Part shown: piece by piece, positions 41,731 to 56,212 of the stretch
Layout: every line of letters starts with the position of its first letter
Position numbering within the stretch: position 1 is the stretch's first letter
Assembly (NCBI RefSeq): GCF_009914755.1
Contig: NC_060929.1
Source: the human T2T-CHM13v2.0 reference genome, Homo sapiens
Strand: one strand, 5' to 3'
DNA: 64,000 nucleotides
Translations under genes and position numbers: made by a program
Notes under the pieces: generated by a model
What the model saw: the letters and a program-made list of their open reading frames with translations, nothing else
Database searches by the model: none
Told to the model about the DNA's origin: nothing

Positions 41731-43073
41731 TAATTTTCTTTAAAATTTAAAATTTTAAAGAACATTTAAAAAATGTTATTTTTTTCCATTGTCTCCAATG
41801 AAGTAAAGCTGTGGCTTTTCAGTGCAAGGCAAATCTCTTTGATACCAGACTAATATTCATCCCAGCCACATAGCTATTTGAACTTCCTCTGACCTCTGAG
41901 ATAAAGATTAAGTAGACTAAATTGGCTGGACTATCTATAGAGGAATCAGTCCGCATTTCTATGAAAACGAAAACTTTTCGTCGCCAAATGGTGCCATAAA
42001 GCTGCAATTAGCATCAGAAACATTACACTAAACTAGATGGCAGAATAGCAAACATAAATCACAAGCGGATTACTTAGGGCTTTTAAAGGCAGGCATTTAT
42101 ACCTCCCATTAACAAACCACGATAAAAATGGCTTACACGAAGAGAGATGAGAAAATGCATCTATATAGAATCTATTAGTTTGACAATCTATTGATTTTTT
42201 ACTGTTACACATATGGGCACTGGATGCATAATTTACTCCATTATTACCAAACATGTGTTGACTTATGTCAGATGCCATTATTATGCAAATTATATCTCAA
42301 GATACTACAGAACATTTTTATATTTGTGTTTCTCTTCGGAAGATTTTCTAGTTACACTAAATTTAATGTTTGGAAGTTGTTTTTAAATAGATTTATGCCT
42401 AATAGGTAACTACTGTGGGTTTGGTTACATTGGTGGCTGGACCAAACTAGAGAAAAATCTATCTATGGTTGTAATTCAAACTCAACTTTTCAACCTATTC
42501 TTTGGAGATTTGGTTGATTTTATGTGCCAATATCCTACCACATCAAAGAAGAATTGTAGCTGTCAATAGTGTTAACTACCCGGCATTACTTTAAATTGCT
42601 GGATTATTTTCAATAGTGAAATATCTAACTTTTAAGGGTCTCATTATTTTGTACATATGTAGAAATAAAATATGTTAAATGAAAGTTTTCTATGATCTTC
42701 ATTTTCAATTCTGGATGCGCATTACAAACATGTACACAGGGGATAATTTATGACCCTCTTTCAAATTATGCATTCTAATTCCTTGTTTCTCCTATGTGAG
42801 TATCTACCATTCTGACACTTACTAACCCTCTACTCCACTCTTATTTAATATACTCAATTTTCCTGATGCCCTTCTGCTCCCCAAGTTTCTCAGTGATCAT
42901 TTCTACATTGATTGTACTATCAATCATCTATTTACTTCAAATTAGATTTGCATTTGTGGCTTTTTCTGTTTATTACACTTGCAATTCGACCTCTTCAATG
43001 TGCCACAACTTTCTTCCAACATAAAGCGTAGACTCGTAAAATGCATGTGTCTATACACAAACTGTTTAGCTCT

Positions 43074-43529
43074 TGATGTGGTTTGGATATGATCTGTTTG
43101 TCCCTAATAACACTCATATTGAAATTTGATCCCCTCTGTGACCATGCTGGGAAGGCGGTGGAGGAGAGGGTTCGTGGGAGGTGTTTGGGTTATGGGGAAA
43201 GATCCCTCATGTATGGCCTGGTGCTGTTCTGGAAGCAGTGAGTGAGCTCTCATTCTATAGAGACTGGATTAGTTCTTGCAGGAATGGACAGTTACCAAAA
43301 GAGTGGGTTCTTATAAAGCTAGGACTCCCTTCATGTTTCTTAGCATTTGCACATGTCTGTTCACACTTTGACCTTCTCTGCCATGTTTTCAGGAAGCACA
43401 GAAGCCCTAATTAGAAGCCAGACATGCCCTTGAACTCAGCCTGCATAACCATGAGCCAAATAAACCTTTAATTTACAAATTATCCAGTCTCAGGTACTCT
43501 TTTATAGCAACACAAAATGGACTAAGACA
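43074..43529 (+). mobile_element. MSTB-group solo LTR
   Basis: tgatgtggtttggatatg...tttatagcaacacaaaatggactaagaca; perfect TSD GCTCT. Confidence 0.9.
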
Positions 43530-43624
43530 GCTCTCCTCCCCCAATCTTGTAAAAAATTATAATCAAAATATCATCTAGTTTACCAGTTTTAGGACTTAAT
43601 GTATAAGACTAAAAAGCTGACCAC

Positions 43625-43930
43625 CATTTTAGGACAGTAAAACTACTGTGTATGATACAATGTGATGCATATATGTCATTATACATTAGTCCAAACCCGT
43701 GGAATGTACAATACCAAGAGGGAACCCTTATGTGAACTATGGGTGATTAGTATGTATCAATGTAGGTTCATCAATTGTGACAGATGTCTCCTATGGTGAG
43801 GAATGTTGATTATAGGGGAGTCTATGTGTGTGTGGGGGCAGGGGTTATATAGGAAACTTCTATACCTTTTCCTCAGTTGTGTTATGAACCTAAAAGTGCT
43901 CTAAAAGTTTTAAAAATAACAACAACAAAA
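43625..43930 (+). mobile_element. L1MC-like 3' end
   Basis: gtcattatacattagtccaaacccgtggaatgtaca...gtatcaatgtaggttcatcaattgt...gaacctaaaagtgctctaaaa. Confidence 0.8.
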
Positions 43931-43975
43931 CCTCACTAGGGGGCTTACCTCTCCTAAATCTAACAATTATGTTAG

Positions 43976-43980
<5 letters not shown>

Positions 43981-44010
<30 letters not shown>
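43981..44010. repeat. (CA)15 microsatellite
   Basis: Direct read. Confidence 0.97.
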
Positions 44011-44011
<1 letters not shown>

Positions 44012-44794
44012 CCCAAATCCCTTAATTTCTTTCATAAGGAAATAATTCTTTATACGTAAAGGTGAATGCTAATTGCTAATGATTATATCCTTCACACAAA
44101 ACACACACACGCACAAAAACAGATGAAGCTCATTTAGATTAGAGGCAATTTTTAACCACCTACCTATTCATGTAAAATATGCCAGAGAATAATATTACTA
44201 CAATAGTTTACACTTCTAATTGCAGTTTATTTACAAGGAAATCAGTTATCTAGAAAATTTAGCCAAATAAAAATACCCCAGTAGGATAAATACCCCAGTC
44301 TCATTGGTAATAAACTGAGTTTGAAATTAAGAGGAGTGGGGGTAGGAGGTAAGTGGAACATTTTGTTTTAGCTGATGGAGACAGTTAATTAAAGAAAAAG
44401 TTGACTCAGCCTGTGACATTTATTCCAGGTGCTTTGTCTTTCAATTATAGGTGAACAAGAGGTTTTGAAACTCTGCTTGCTTATTGATTGCTTCACCTTA
44501 AGGCCCTCACCTGGGATGTGTGACTACAACTTAGTATTCATAGGCAGCAAGAAAGCAACACCATCATTTGTAAGTATGGAGGGATGTATTTTGTGATTTC
44601 TCTTCTCTGTCACCCTCTGATGATATTTGTTGTGAGTACAAACTTCTTAGTTATTCAATTATTTGATTATTTATTGATTTATTTATTCAAACAGCCATAT
44701 AAACTTAGGAGAAAACAGAAACATTAATGAATGTTAATTAAACTGCAAAAATGGTAATGTAAATGTTTATAAGAATATACTTTTAAAATACATT

Positions 44795-45010
44795 GGGGTG
44801 GGGAGGGAGAAAATGGGGAAATATAGGTCAAAGGATACAAAGTAGGAGATATGTAAGATGAACAAGTCTAGAGATAGAATGTATAAAGTGAGTTCTATAG
44901 TTAATAAAAGTTAATTAGAGATTTGTGTTAAATGAGTAGATTTCAGTTGCTCTCATCACACACCAAAAAGTAACTACGTGAGAGGTAGATATGTTAATTT
45001 GCTTTACTAC
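44795..45010 (+). mobile_element. L1MA-like 3' UTR fragment
   Basis: ggtcaaaggatacaaagtag...gatgaacaagtctagagat...agatatgttaatttgcttt. Confidence 0.75.
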
Positions 45011-45019
45011 TGCTATTAT

Positions 45020-46540
45020 GGTTAAAATAAAAAAGTATATAAAACTATGTGGTAGTTGAATGTTGAGGAACCGAAGACATACTCATACATTGCTTATGGA
45101 AATGCTAATTTGTCCACCCACGTTAGAAAGCAGTTTGGCATTTTCTTATAAGTTCAGCATACACTTATGATTAGGACACTTATCAAAATAGACTTGTAAA
45201 CAAGGAAAATCATCAGAGTTTTAAAGGGATACTTTGTAAAGATAAAGATCAATTTATTAAGAGGACATAGTGCTTAAGAATGGGAATCATTTAAATAAAT
45301 GAAGCAAAATTTCACAAAACTGAGAAGAGAAATAGACAAATGCAACAATGAATAATACAAGGGGATCTTCTCAATTTTATAGTTATCTATTGGAAACCTA
45401 CAGTTAACATCACACTAATGGTGAAAGTTTGAATGTGTTTTCTATAAGAGGAAGAAAAAAGCAAGAATGTTTTTTATTTTTTTTTCAATTTTATACTAGA
45501 GATTTTAGCTAGTGCAATATGGAAACAGATATGGGGAAAAAAAAGCAATACAGCCTTTATTTGCAGATGGTGTGATTGTGTATATAGGAACTCTGAATAA
45601 ATATATGTATTATCTGATGTGGTTTGGCTGTGTCACCACACAAATCTCATCTTGAATTGTAGATCCCACAATTCCCACATGTCATGGGAGGGACACAGTG
45701 GAAGGTAATTGAATCATGGGGATGGGTCTTTCCTGTGCTGTTCTCATGATAGTGAATAAATCTCATGAGATCTCATGGTTTTAAAAAGGGGAGATCCCCT
45801 GTACACACTCCTTTGCCTGTTACCATGTAAAACGTGCTTTGCTTTGCTCTTCCTCCACCTTCTGCCATGACTGTGAGGCCTCCCCAGCCATGTGGAACTG
45901 TGAATACATTAAACTTTTTTTTTAATAAGTTACCAAGTCTCAGTTATGTCTTTATTAGCAGCATGAGAATGGGCTAGTATATCATCAGAACTAAGAAGTG
46001 AATTTAGCAAGGTCTGTATGCAAGCATCAATTATACATCTATGTATTTCCAATGAGTACATAAAAAATAAAATATCACATGTCATTTACAATATCATCAG
46101 AAAAGATTACTTAAGAATAAATTAAACAAAATATGTGCAAGACTGGTACAGTGAAACATTAACGATAAAAACATTGATGATAGTGATTAATACCTAAAGT
46201 TATGTATGTGTTTTAGAAGACTCAATATTGATAGTGTTCATCTTCTCCAAGATATAGATTTAATATAGTTTCCATTGAAATTCTAGCATGGTATTTTGGG
46301 TATTCACAAGCTGATTGTAAAAGTGTGTAAGAAGACCTAAAATAATTTTGAATGATATAGGAGAACTTACAGTACCTTACTTCAAAATACACAATAAAGC
46401 TACAACAATTAAAGCAGTGTAGTATTAGCATAAGTATAGACATATAGATCAATGGAACAAAATAGAGTGTCTACAAATAGACCTAATATACATATATAAG
46501 ATTTTTTTTCAGGAACGGTAATTTAGTGGGAGAGATGAAT
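45020..46540 (+). mobile_element. Old L1M ORF2 fragments, split by THE1
   Basis: tttatttgcagatggtgtgattgtgtatatag (FAD-like RT motif); gacatatagatcaatggaacaaaatagag. Confidence 0.7.
45615..45981 (+). mobile_element. THE1C-like solo LTR
   Basis: tgatgtggtttggctgtgtc...ttagcagcatgagaatgggctagtata; TSD ttatc/tcatc. Confidence 0.9.
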
Positions 46541-49538
46541 AATTTCTTTCCTTCAGCAGAGTCTAATTTACTGTATATTCCTTTATAAATTTTTTTAAAT
46601 TATATTTTTTGCTCTAGAATTTCTCTATAGTTCTATATGTTATATTACACTTACTTTGCCTTACATATATCGTTTCCTTTAAATTCTGAAATGTATTTAT
46701 AATAAATGCATTAAAGTACTCATCTGCTAATTCTTCCATATTGTCATAGTGCCTCTTTGTAGGAATCTGTGGGTGAATATAGGACCCACATAATGTTTTC
46801 CTATTCTCAGTGATCATAATTCTGTACTACCTGCTGTACAATGTCTAACAACTTTTGTTTTAGAAGTGTTATCTCATTTCTTAAAGCTCTTTTGGGCAGA
46901 ACAATTTACCCGTTACTTCTTCAAGCAGGCATACCTATTTCTGTCTGTTCATATCTAGATCTAGATACAGATATAAGATATACAGATATAGATAAAATGA
47001 AAATATTTCCTTGCTGCATATTTCATACCTTAAAGTACTTGGTCACTATATTATAATAAAAATGTTTTCATTTGGGCAATATAACCTAAACTTGAAAAGA
47101 AGAAATTTAAGTAATGAGTCTCATTCATATGATATAAATAACCAATGATATCTATATGACACCCATATGCACTATCCACTGAACAAAGAAATATGGGTAA
47201 TACTAAATGCTCACAGGAAAATAAGATAGAAAATTCTATGAGTGCTAACTTTATTTTCATACTCAAGAAATCGTATAATGAGAAGCAAACTACATGTGAT
47301 AGTTGGTACAACTAATTAGAATAAATCTGCATGACTCATCACATAGGTTAAGAATTCTCTTTTAGAAGGGTACTCGTAGATAAATGTCTCACTCTAGTTT
47401 ACAAATATAAATTTTAACACATATAATAATAAAAATTATACACAAGAACATACTGAGTGATTGCACAATTTGATAGGCTCAAACGCTAAATAAATCCTGT
47501 CATTCCTTCATCTTTCTCTAATAGGATTAGGTCTGATTACATATGAGAACACACACACAGGCATACACACAATAAATATGGCTAAAACAAGATATAAGCT
47601 TATCTCAAAAAATTAATTTGGAGTTAAATATCTTGGACATTATAGAGTCTCGCTAATATCTTCAGGGATTCTAGCTCGATCTCGCGGCTCTGGGATCCTA
47701 AAGTATACCTCCTTATTCAAAATGACTGCTAAAACTGCAACAATTACTACGGAATTCTTAGGCAGAGGAAAGGAAGATTAATTTTCTCTTATATGGATTG
47801 CCTGAAGGCCCTTTACATCACTTTTTCTGATATTTCATCATTGAAATATTAATGCATAATCATACTGGCCTGTAAAAGATGCTGGACAATGTAGAATTTT
47901 TAAATATCTAGGTAAGAGTGTGCTAGGTTAAAAGTTTAGACTTCTATGACTAAGGAAAGTAGACGATAGATATTGAAAATTCACCAACAACGATTGCCAC
48001 ATTTATCCATTAATTTATTTCACTGTATTATATATATTTTTTGCCTTCAAAAGAGCACACAATTTAATGGAAAAATTAAATGAGCAATGCTAATTTTATG
48101 ATGTCATCCAGAAACGATTAATAAATTTATAAGTGCAATGCTATTGCAATCTGAAGAAATCCAGACAAGCTTACTGAACTGGATATATATTCAGCCAAGT
48201 CTTGAAGAATGGATTAAGGCCAATGAATTTCTTCATTCAGCATTATTAAATGATAGTTCAGGAACAAGAGAGTGAAGTCTAATCTAAATGAGACCATTAG
48301 TCAGTTCATGAGGAAATAGTATTCATACTATAGAAATAATTAAACTTAAAAAAAATCCTTTTATTTATTTTATGGTTATAACAGGGCTACACTAAATTTC
48401 ACTCCATGGGCAAACTTGAATATGTGTTTTAACTAAAAAATAAATAGGTAATAGTTTACCTGTTACCATTTTTTATAAGTTTTACCACTATTAAGGAAAT
48501 AGCAAATAAAATAAAATAATTTCTATGATGATACCCAAAATTTAGTTTGTTGCTAGCAAGGGGCAGGTACCCATTATGAAACAGGGTCTAAAAGGAACTA
48601 AGGACCACAAGTTTCCAGCCAACAGTTTTAATTGTACTGGTCTTTGGACTTGTGTTAGTATATGAATAAATGATTGCCTCTAATTACATGTTTGATAGAA
48701 AGCTTATGGCAGTTGTTTCAATACGCTAAAGCACTGAAGTATCAGAATATATTAAATCCAGAAATAAAAGACAAATCATTTGCATTTCACCTGCTTCTTA
48801 AAATACTGTATTCTGTTCTTTTCAGGGTGTTTTGTCTTTCATCTCAGGACCCCAAGTGACAATGTCACTGGCAGTTAGAGCACATTGACATACTTGATAT
48901 CCAATTTAGTTAATGCTAGGTCAGTCTGGGAGATGTAGAAACACTACTATGTATGCAGCACAGAAGACTGTGTGACTACTGAGGAATGCCCTCTAATTCC
49001 CAAGATACTTGTTAAACAATTGTAATGTTGCAATACAAGCAAGAGAACCCAAACAATGAATGTCACAATAAAATGCAGAGGTAACAGATTGTTTTGAGAT
49101 GTAATGTCTTAAAATGTATTGTCTTTCTTTATACAATTTTTGAAATGGTTATTTCCATAGTTCTCATGGTTAAAGATTCAGAGAGATGACAATTGCTGTT
49201 ACATAGTATTATTGGAATAATCATTACAGTCATGATATTTTTAATGCAGTAAAGTGTTTATTTATTAAAGCTTTTTAGTATAGTTGAATTTATCCAATGT
49301 CTATCAACTTTCGGAAGGACTAATCAGCAAAGTACAGTTAGTTGTTACATTATCAAAGCTATAAACACACAATGATACATGTTGCCAATGTGAATTAATA
49401 TCAAGAGTTTTCTATATTGCATCTCACTTATTAAAATTTGCATATACTGATAAAACTGATTCCTTTGTTGCTTTTATTTATAAGTTATATTTTATGGTTT
49501 TTTTTTTAGTTTTTAGGTAAAGTCATTTCTGTAGATAA

Positions 49539-49822
<284 letters not shown>

Positions 49823-50194
49823 ATAAATATTTTTTATAATTGCTATTGAATTACTAGGCAAATTGTCATATGTTAGAAACTTTATTCTTGAATATCAAGG
49901 AAGTTATATCTCTTTTCAAAATGACTTATTTCAAACTACAAATTTATTCTTGATATTTCCATACTTAAAGGATTTTTTTTATTTGATTTCCAACAATGTG
50001 CCAGGCACTATGTTAGGTGTTGGGAACAGAAAAAAAACTACCTCAATCATCTGATTTTCCAGAGAGTCATTTAAATTTTAAGGTACGTTTATCCTTCAAA
50101 GTGTTTTGGCACTTACAAATGGAATGAGAGGTGCATTTCATTCAAAGCTGGGTCATGTTACCATCAAAAACACTAAAATCAAAACTTTTAATAA

Positions 50195-50610
50195 GGTTTT
50201 TAATAAACTTTTAGAACAATTTTAGATTTATAGAAAATGGCAAAGATAATACTTGAAGTTCCTACGTAGCCACATAGTTTTCCCTCTTAGTAACATCTTT
50301 CATTACTATGGTACATATTTTATAATCAGCAAAATTACATTGATATATTGTAATTAACTAATACCCACACTTTAAACACATTTCCTCAGTTTTTACCTCA
50401 TATCCTTTTTCTATTCTGAGATTGAATCCAGAATATCACATTATATTTAGTCATGGTGTTTCCTTAGACTCTTCTTGGCTGTGATAAGTTTCCCACTTTC
50501 GTTGGTTTTGACAGCCTTAATGGTTTTGAAGAGTAGTGGTAAGTTGTTTCATAGAATATCCTTTAATTGGGATTTGTCTGAAGTTTTTCTCATGATTAGA
50601 CCAAATGGGT
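50195..50610 (-). mobile_element. L1MC4/5-like 3' fragment
   Basis: tagaacaattttagatttatagaaaatggcaaagataatac...gggatttgtctgaagtttttctcatgattaga. Confidence 0.7.
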
Positions 50611-50614
50611 TACA

Positions 50615-50960
50615 TCTTTATTTTCTGGCTTCCAGTTGATTTGGCCAATAGAGGATCCTAGCAGGGAATCAAATGGGAATTAAGTTTTATTTTTCCATGA
50701 TTCTCTGTATGTAAGGAATTTGAGCTGGCCGTATGCCCCAAATACAGGGCACAAAACTGCTGAAAGTGTCTCTACAGCTCTCAGGTTCTTGAAGCCACTC
50801 TCTCCTTGTTACTTCTGATACTAAAAGAAGTCGCAGCTTCACTAATTATTCCTAGATTACTTTATTACCCCTTCTGATTTCCAGGCACCTCAAACACCTG
50901 TTTGTAAATAATCCTCTTATTAAACCCTCTTTAAATTGTCCTAATGAAACTGTGTCACTC
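50615..50960 (+). mobile_element. LTR33-like ERVL LTR fragment
   Basis: tggcttccagttgatttggccaatagagg...gtaaataatcctcttattaaaccctctt. Confidence 0.55.
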
Positions 50961-51234
50961 CCACTGCCCCCAGTGGAAGTTTGAACAATAAGCTATTAAC
51001 GAAAGTTAGCTTCTCCAGACATTAAGGTAGAACTAACTGCTTTTAAAAGGTACGTCTATGGTACCACAATATTTGATATGAGAAACTATTTGTTGATAAT
51101 TATTGCTGTCCTTAGAGTAACTCTCATCTCTTTGGAATCATTCTACCTCTGCTTCCAGTGTGACAGAGATTCATTTATTTATTTATTTTTCTCTTACTTT
51201 TCTCTTTACAACTGACTCTAGTTCCAAATAATTC

Positions 51235-51965
51235 AATTTGATTGTCTCGTTTCCCCATGGGCTAGCTAAATACCTGTTTACCATTACAGAACTGACTACA
51301 TCTGTGACTATAGTCACAGGGAATAGCCACAGACCGTTTATAACCTTTTCCTGGATTCTTGAGCTCCCACAAAAGAAATCCAACCACTCTGTGCATGCTG
51401 TCCTCATGGAGGTGCCTCTGACAATGACAGATGAGTCCAGTCTTCCATCCAACCTCTCCAAGCCACTAGACATGTTAGTGAAGGAATCATGTATCTTGCC
51501 ACTGAGCCCATCAGCTAGATGGAGACTACAGAGTTTTCTCGTGTGATGTCACATGGTACAGAATTAACTAGCCAAGATCTTCCCAAATAGCTGCCCTATA
51601 AAATAATAAGAAATAATTTTAAAAGTTGTCATTTAAAGCCAGGTTATGTAGTTTGCTGTGTAGAAATAGAGAACCAGAATAGAATCCAGTATTTGAAATG
51701 AGGTTCTTTTGTAACACCCTGAACATACGACATAGATTGGGGAATGAAGCAGACAGCAGAAGCTGCATGGGCCTTCAGGAGACTGACAGTAAAAGCTAAT
51801 AAAACCTCAAGAATACTTGATAAGGGATTTAAGGATAATAAAGAAAATATTATGAGGGCCTGGAAAAGAGGAGACTTTTGTTCCATGACCAAAGGTTTGT
51901 CAACACTGTCACCTGTGGAAATGTAGAAAACTGTAGCAATATACTCAAGCTTGAGTTAGAAGGCT
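51235..51965 (+). mobile_element. MLT1 (H-like) LTR plus start of internal sequence
   Basis: LTR end ...gttgtcatttaaagcca...gtagaaatagagaaccagaata followed by a MaLR-int-like start. Confidence 0.55.
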
Positions 51966-53244
51966 TTGAACAGCTCGTGTTTTGACACAATACAAGACAC
52001 ACTAAAAGCAATAGTATTATTCTATTTGTGGGATTTTATGATAAGCATTTAATAATAAAAAGTACATACACACATGTGAATTTAAAAACAATGGGAATGT
52101 GTATCATGATGGTATTTCATTAATCCAACAAGAAAGTTTCTTGACTTCTTATGGATTTCGGCAATGCTAATCTCCATGTGACTTGAAATATTCCCATTCT
52201 TCTTATTAATATTCAATTTCTCCTTTTAAATTATATTCTAATGAAAATACTTCATTATATCACTTAGATATTCACATCAGTAACCACAATTATCAAAGAT
52301 TATAATTGTGCATTAAATCTAAACAATACATTTCTCTCCTGCTTTTACACATTTCTAGAGTTAGCAAGTATGAATATTAATTGTAATATAATGGTAGATT
52401 CAGGGTTGTAAGAATCATTGAAGATTTTTATGCACTGGCTTTGAAGTATATTTGTAGGTCAGTATCCTGGATGTGAGAAAAATAAATGTGCTTAAAATTG
52501 TATTAGCTCTTCCAAAAGTGAGACGGTGCCTAAATCGATCTTAAAAATGTTCAATTTAGCTGAAATCTTCTTTGTCAAGTAATCAATGTGTTTACTGAAT
52601 GATAAAAGTGGTGTCAAGGAGCTAGCGAGACTAAAAGTTATTTGGAAGATATAATGCAGGCCAGGGAAGTTTCACCAACTTGAACGTTACCGTCATTAGT
52701 TAGATCTGATGATAGGCGAGAGAGAAGTGGAACATCTGTTTGCATTTTTCCAAAGGATATGAGTGAGGTAAGTAGTTGACCTCATGAATCAACATTGAAA
52801 AAAGATTCAGTAAAAATAGGTATGCACAACAGATGGTGTCATCTTCATTGATGACTTTGATTCTGATTTCAGAGAGTGTAAATATTTTAGGAGCTGAGTT
52901 CAAATAAAACACGAAGAATGTAAATAATAGGTGACAGCTGAATAAATGTAGTTTGTTCTTGTTTTTAGGCTCTTGCCTTTCATTTATTATCTTTTATACA
53001 AAGGAAAATATGAAATATATAAGGTATATATTACTATGTCTTAACTATCACCTGTAGTACAGCAGAAGTAGATAACTTATGCTTTTTCTTTCTCATTTTG
53101 TTAATCACATTAATCATTATTTAAATGTGAAAAATAGACATCAAGTTATGAAAAGAAGGAAGCCTTGAAGAAATGTCCTTGATGCTGAACAAGGCTTATA
53201 CAAGTGAGAACATATTGAGTGCAGAGTAAATGAGGTAATTACAA

Positions 53245-53350
53245 TTCAGTTTTACAGGTGGAAAAGCTGAGTCACCAGGAGGTTAAGTGACGTGCCCAAG
53301 GTCACAGAAGAAGCCATTAGCATTATTATGTAGTTTCCCTTATTCTGATT
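53245..53350 (-). mobile_element. MIR core fragment
   Basis: cagttttacaggtggaaaagctgagtcaccaggaggttaagtgacgtgcccaaggtcacag. Confidence 0.75.
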
Positions 53351-53907
53351 TCTTCTCTTACATTTTATCTAATACAGCAAGAAGCATTGAAAGATAAATA
53401 TTCCCCACATATGCAGCAAGTTCGCTCTTGCAATTTGGTACTGATGCAAAATCAGGGAAAGCAAATTTCAGTTTTTGTTTTGTTTTACTTTTTTTCCATG
53501 TGAATATATTTTATTCTTTATTTCTTTTTTCCTTGTAATTGCAGAAATTTGTTTGTTCCCTTATGTCACTAAGACAGCAGATACCAACTAGAATACAGGG
53601 AGTTTTCTACATTAGTGTGTTGGAAAGTGAACATATGTAAATGGAAACCCCTCTCTGAACTAAATCCTATTTGTCCTCCACTTATAGAAAATCATGTTGC
53701 AATATATAAATTACAGAGAAGCCAGTAAACTATCAAAAATAATATTGATGTTATATTACACAAAAGTACTACAGCGTATGTATAAATGGTAAGTATTCTG
53801 ATATTTATAAGTTAGATAAAATGTAACAAAAATAAGGATAGAAAGTGGCATATGTGGTGCATATAATACTCAGATAGCACTGAACTTTTTATGGAACCTG
53901 TAATTGG

Positions 53908-53947
53908 TGTGTGTGTGTGTGGTGTGTGTGTGTGTGTGTGTGTGTGT
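53908..53947. repeat. Interrupted (GT)n microsatellite
   Basis: Direct read. Confidence 0.95.
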
Positions 53948-55748
53948 CTTCATTTTATTTCAATTAATTAATAGACTTTATTTTTGAATAGTTTTAGAGT
54001 TAATAGGAAAAATGAGCTAAATACAGAGAATTCCCATGTCCCTCTTTATCATCCCAAACATCTTTATCTCCTTTTAATGTACACAACTCAATGAATTTGG
54101 ATATAAGTACACACCCGTGAAACCATTTTAACTTGAAGTAAATGACAGTTTTACATAATGTTATATTTATGGGTTCCATGGGAACCAGTTTGTTCTGTTG
54201 AATATGAGCTCACTTCATAAATGAGGATGAAACTATAGCTTTTAAATAGAAGCTGATAACGTCTTTCCATCTCCAGAGAATGCCATACACAGACATTTTT
54301 ACCCCTTCTCACATGGTTTTGACCCAGAACATGTCAAAAAGTACCTTCTTGCTGTATTCATCCAACTAGATACATAACTCTGTAAAGTTTTCCTCTGTGA
54401 GTGCTGCAAAATATATCTATAGAAAAATATATATATATATATTCATCAATTTGTCACTCTTGTCTTTCTCAAGGGCAGACAGTTTCTTCTCTATGACATG
54501 TCAACACATACCCAGAGGGTCTAGTCATATATGTCAAAGACACACGATATTTTTATAATAGCAGTGAAGTTTCCATTTCAAGAATCTGGTCTATAGCCAA
54601 GTAGTAGATACAACTCAACAACACTCCAGCTTGCTATGAAACCCTGGTCAAAGCCAGGGCTATGCTGCTGTTATAGAGGAAGAATTATGCCAAGACAGTA
54701 ATTTGTAATTAAAACTAACTTTTCAGTTCTTTTTCTCCTTCATAACTACAGCTTTCCTCTCTCATTTCTTGAAATACATTTTCTCTTTCCTTGGCTTAAT
54801 GTTCAATTCATTGTATCTTGGTTTTCTTTCTAACTCTTTTCTAACAATTCTCATTTTGTTGTTGTCTTGTTTTTCTGTTTTGCTTTTCCCCCATCTGCTT
54901 CTCTTCTGATTAGGGAACTTTAAGTATCAGTATCTTTCTTTTCCCTTCTCTTCCTTCTCAGGACAATTTTCACAAACAAAATTACCAAGGATCTGTTGAT
55001 ATTCCTAAAACTATAGCTCCATGAAAATTTGGCTGCATAATAATTCTTGGGCACTTTATAATTTCTCAAACTTAAAATGGCAGTGATTTAACTTAATATA
55101 TGTCAATCAAAATATTTTCCCTTTCCTATGTGATTTATCTGAGTGAATGGGGCCAGTGACATTCATATCAGTCAACTTTCACTAGATTATGCTATGCGAA
55201 AACAAAACAACAACAACAAAAACCTTCAAACATTATTCAGTTTAGGTAATTCTGTTCAGTTACCCAAACTAAAGACCTGGGTGTTATCATTAAACACTTC
55301 CTCTCATATATAACCCATAACCAATTGGTCAAAAGGCTTTGTTAAAAAGGTTTGTTTACTCTTTTCCCTTATTTTCTCATTTTTTTCTACTTTTACTACC
55401 ATTACTTAATTTATCAGTATACATCTCTTGTCTGAATTACTGCAGTAGCTTTCTAAACCAGTGCCCTTTCACTAGTTCTGACTGGCTTTATATAATTATA
55501 TTCTCCCTGCTATAGGAATAACATTTCCATAATATGAATGCATTAAAACATATATTTTGGTATAGATGGAATTGCTGTTTCACGATATTTTCTCTTCCTG
55601 AAGAAAAATTATAGTTTCCCAGCTCTGTAAATTCCAACTTGATTGTATGATTTGCTTTAATGAATGAGGTTTGTAAAGAAATCTGGCAGGGAGGATTGTT
55701 TGAGAGACAAAACATATTTACTACAGTCTCTCTTACCTCTGCTACTGT

Positions 55749-56191
55749 TGAGGGGTGAAGCCAGCTGGACATCCTGGGTCAAGTGGGGACTTGGAGGACT
55801 TTTCTGTCTTACAAGAGGATTGTAAAATGCATGAATCAGCAGTCTGTAGCTAGGATTGCAAAATGCCTCAATCAGCACTCTGTGGCTAGCTAGAGCTTTG
55901 TAAAATTGGACCGATCAGCACTCTGTAAAATGGACCAATCAGTAGGATGTGGGCAGAGACAAATAAGGCAATAAAAGCTGGCCACCCCAGTGAGCAGCAG
56001 CAACCTGCTTGGACCCCCTTTCACGCTGTGGAAACTTTGTTCTTTCGCTCTTCACAATAAATCTTTCTGCTGCTCACTCTTTGGGTCTGTGTCATCTTTA
56101 AGAGCTATAACACTCACCGCGAAGGTCTGCAGCTCCATTCTGGAAGTCAGTGAGACCACGAACCCACCAGAAGGAACAAACTCCGGACACA
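55749..56191 (+). promoter_or_regulatory. 5' LTR, LTR12 family (short, LTR12F-like), 443 bp
   Basis: tgaggggtgaagccagctggac...CCAATCAGC-type repeats, AATAAAAGC TATA-like box, AATAAA poly(A) signal, ends ctccggacaca. Confidence 0.93.
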
Positions 56192-56194
56192 TCT

Positions 56195-56212
56195 TGGAAA
56201 CTATGAAGGGAC
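56195..56212 (+). other. Primer binding site, degenerate tRNA-Arg type
   Basis: tggaaactatgaagggac just after the LTR resembles TGGC(A/G)ACCACGAAGGGA; a candidate splice donor GTGAGT follows at 56225. Confidence 0.75.
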
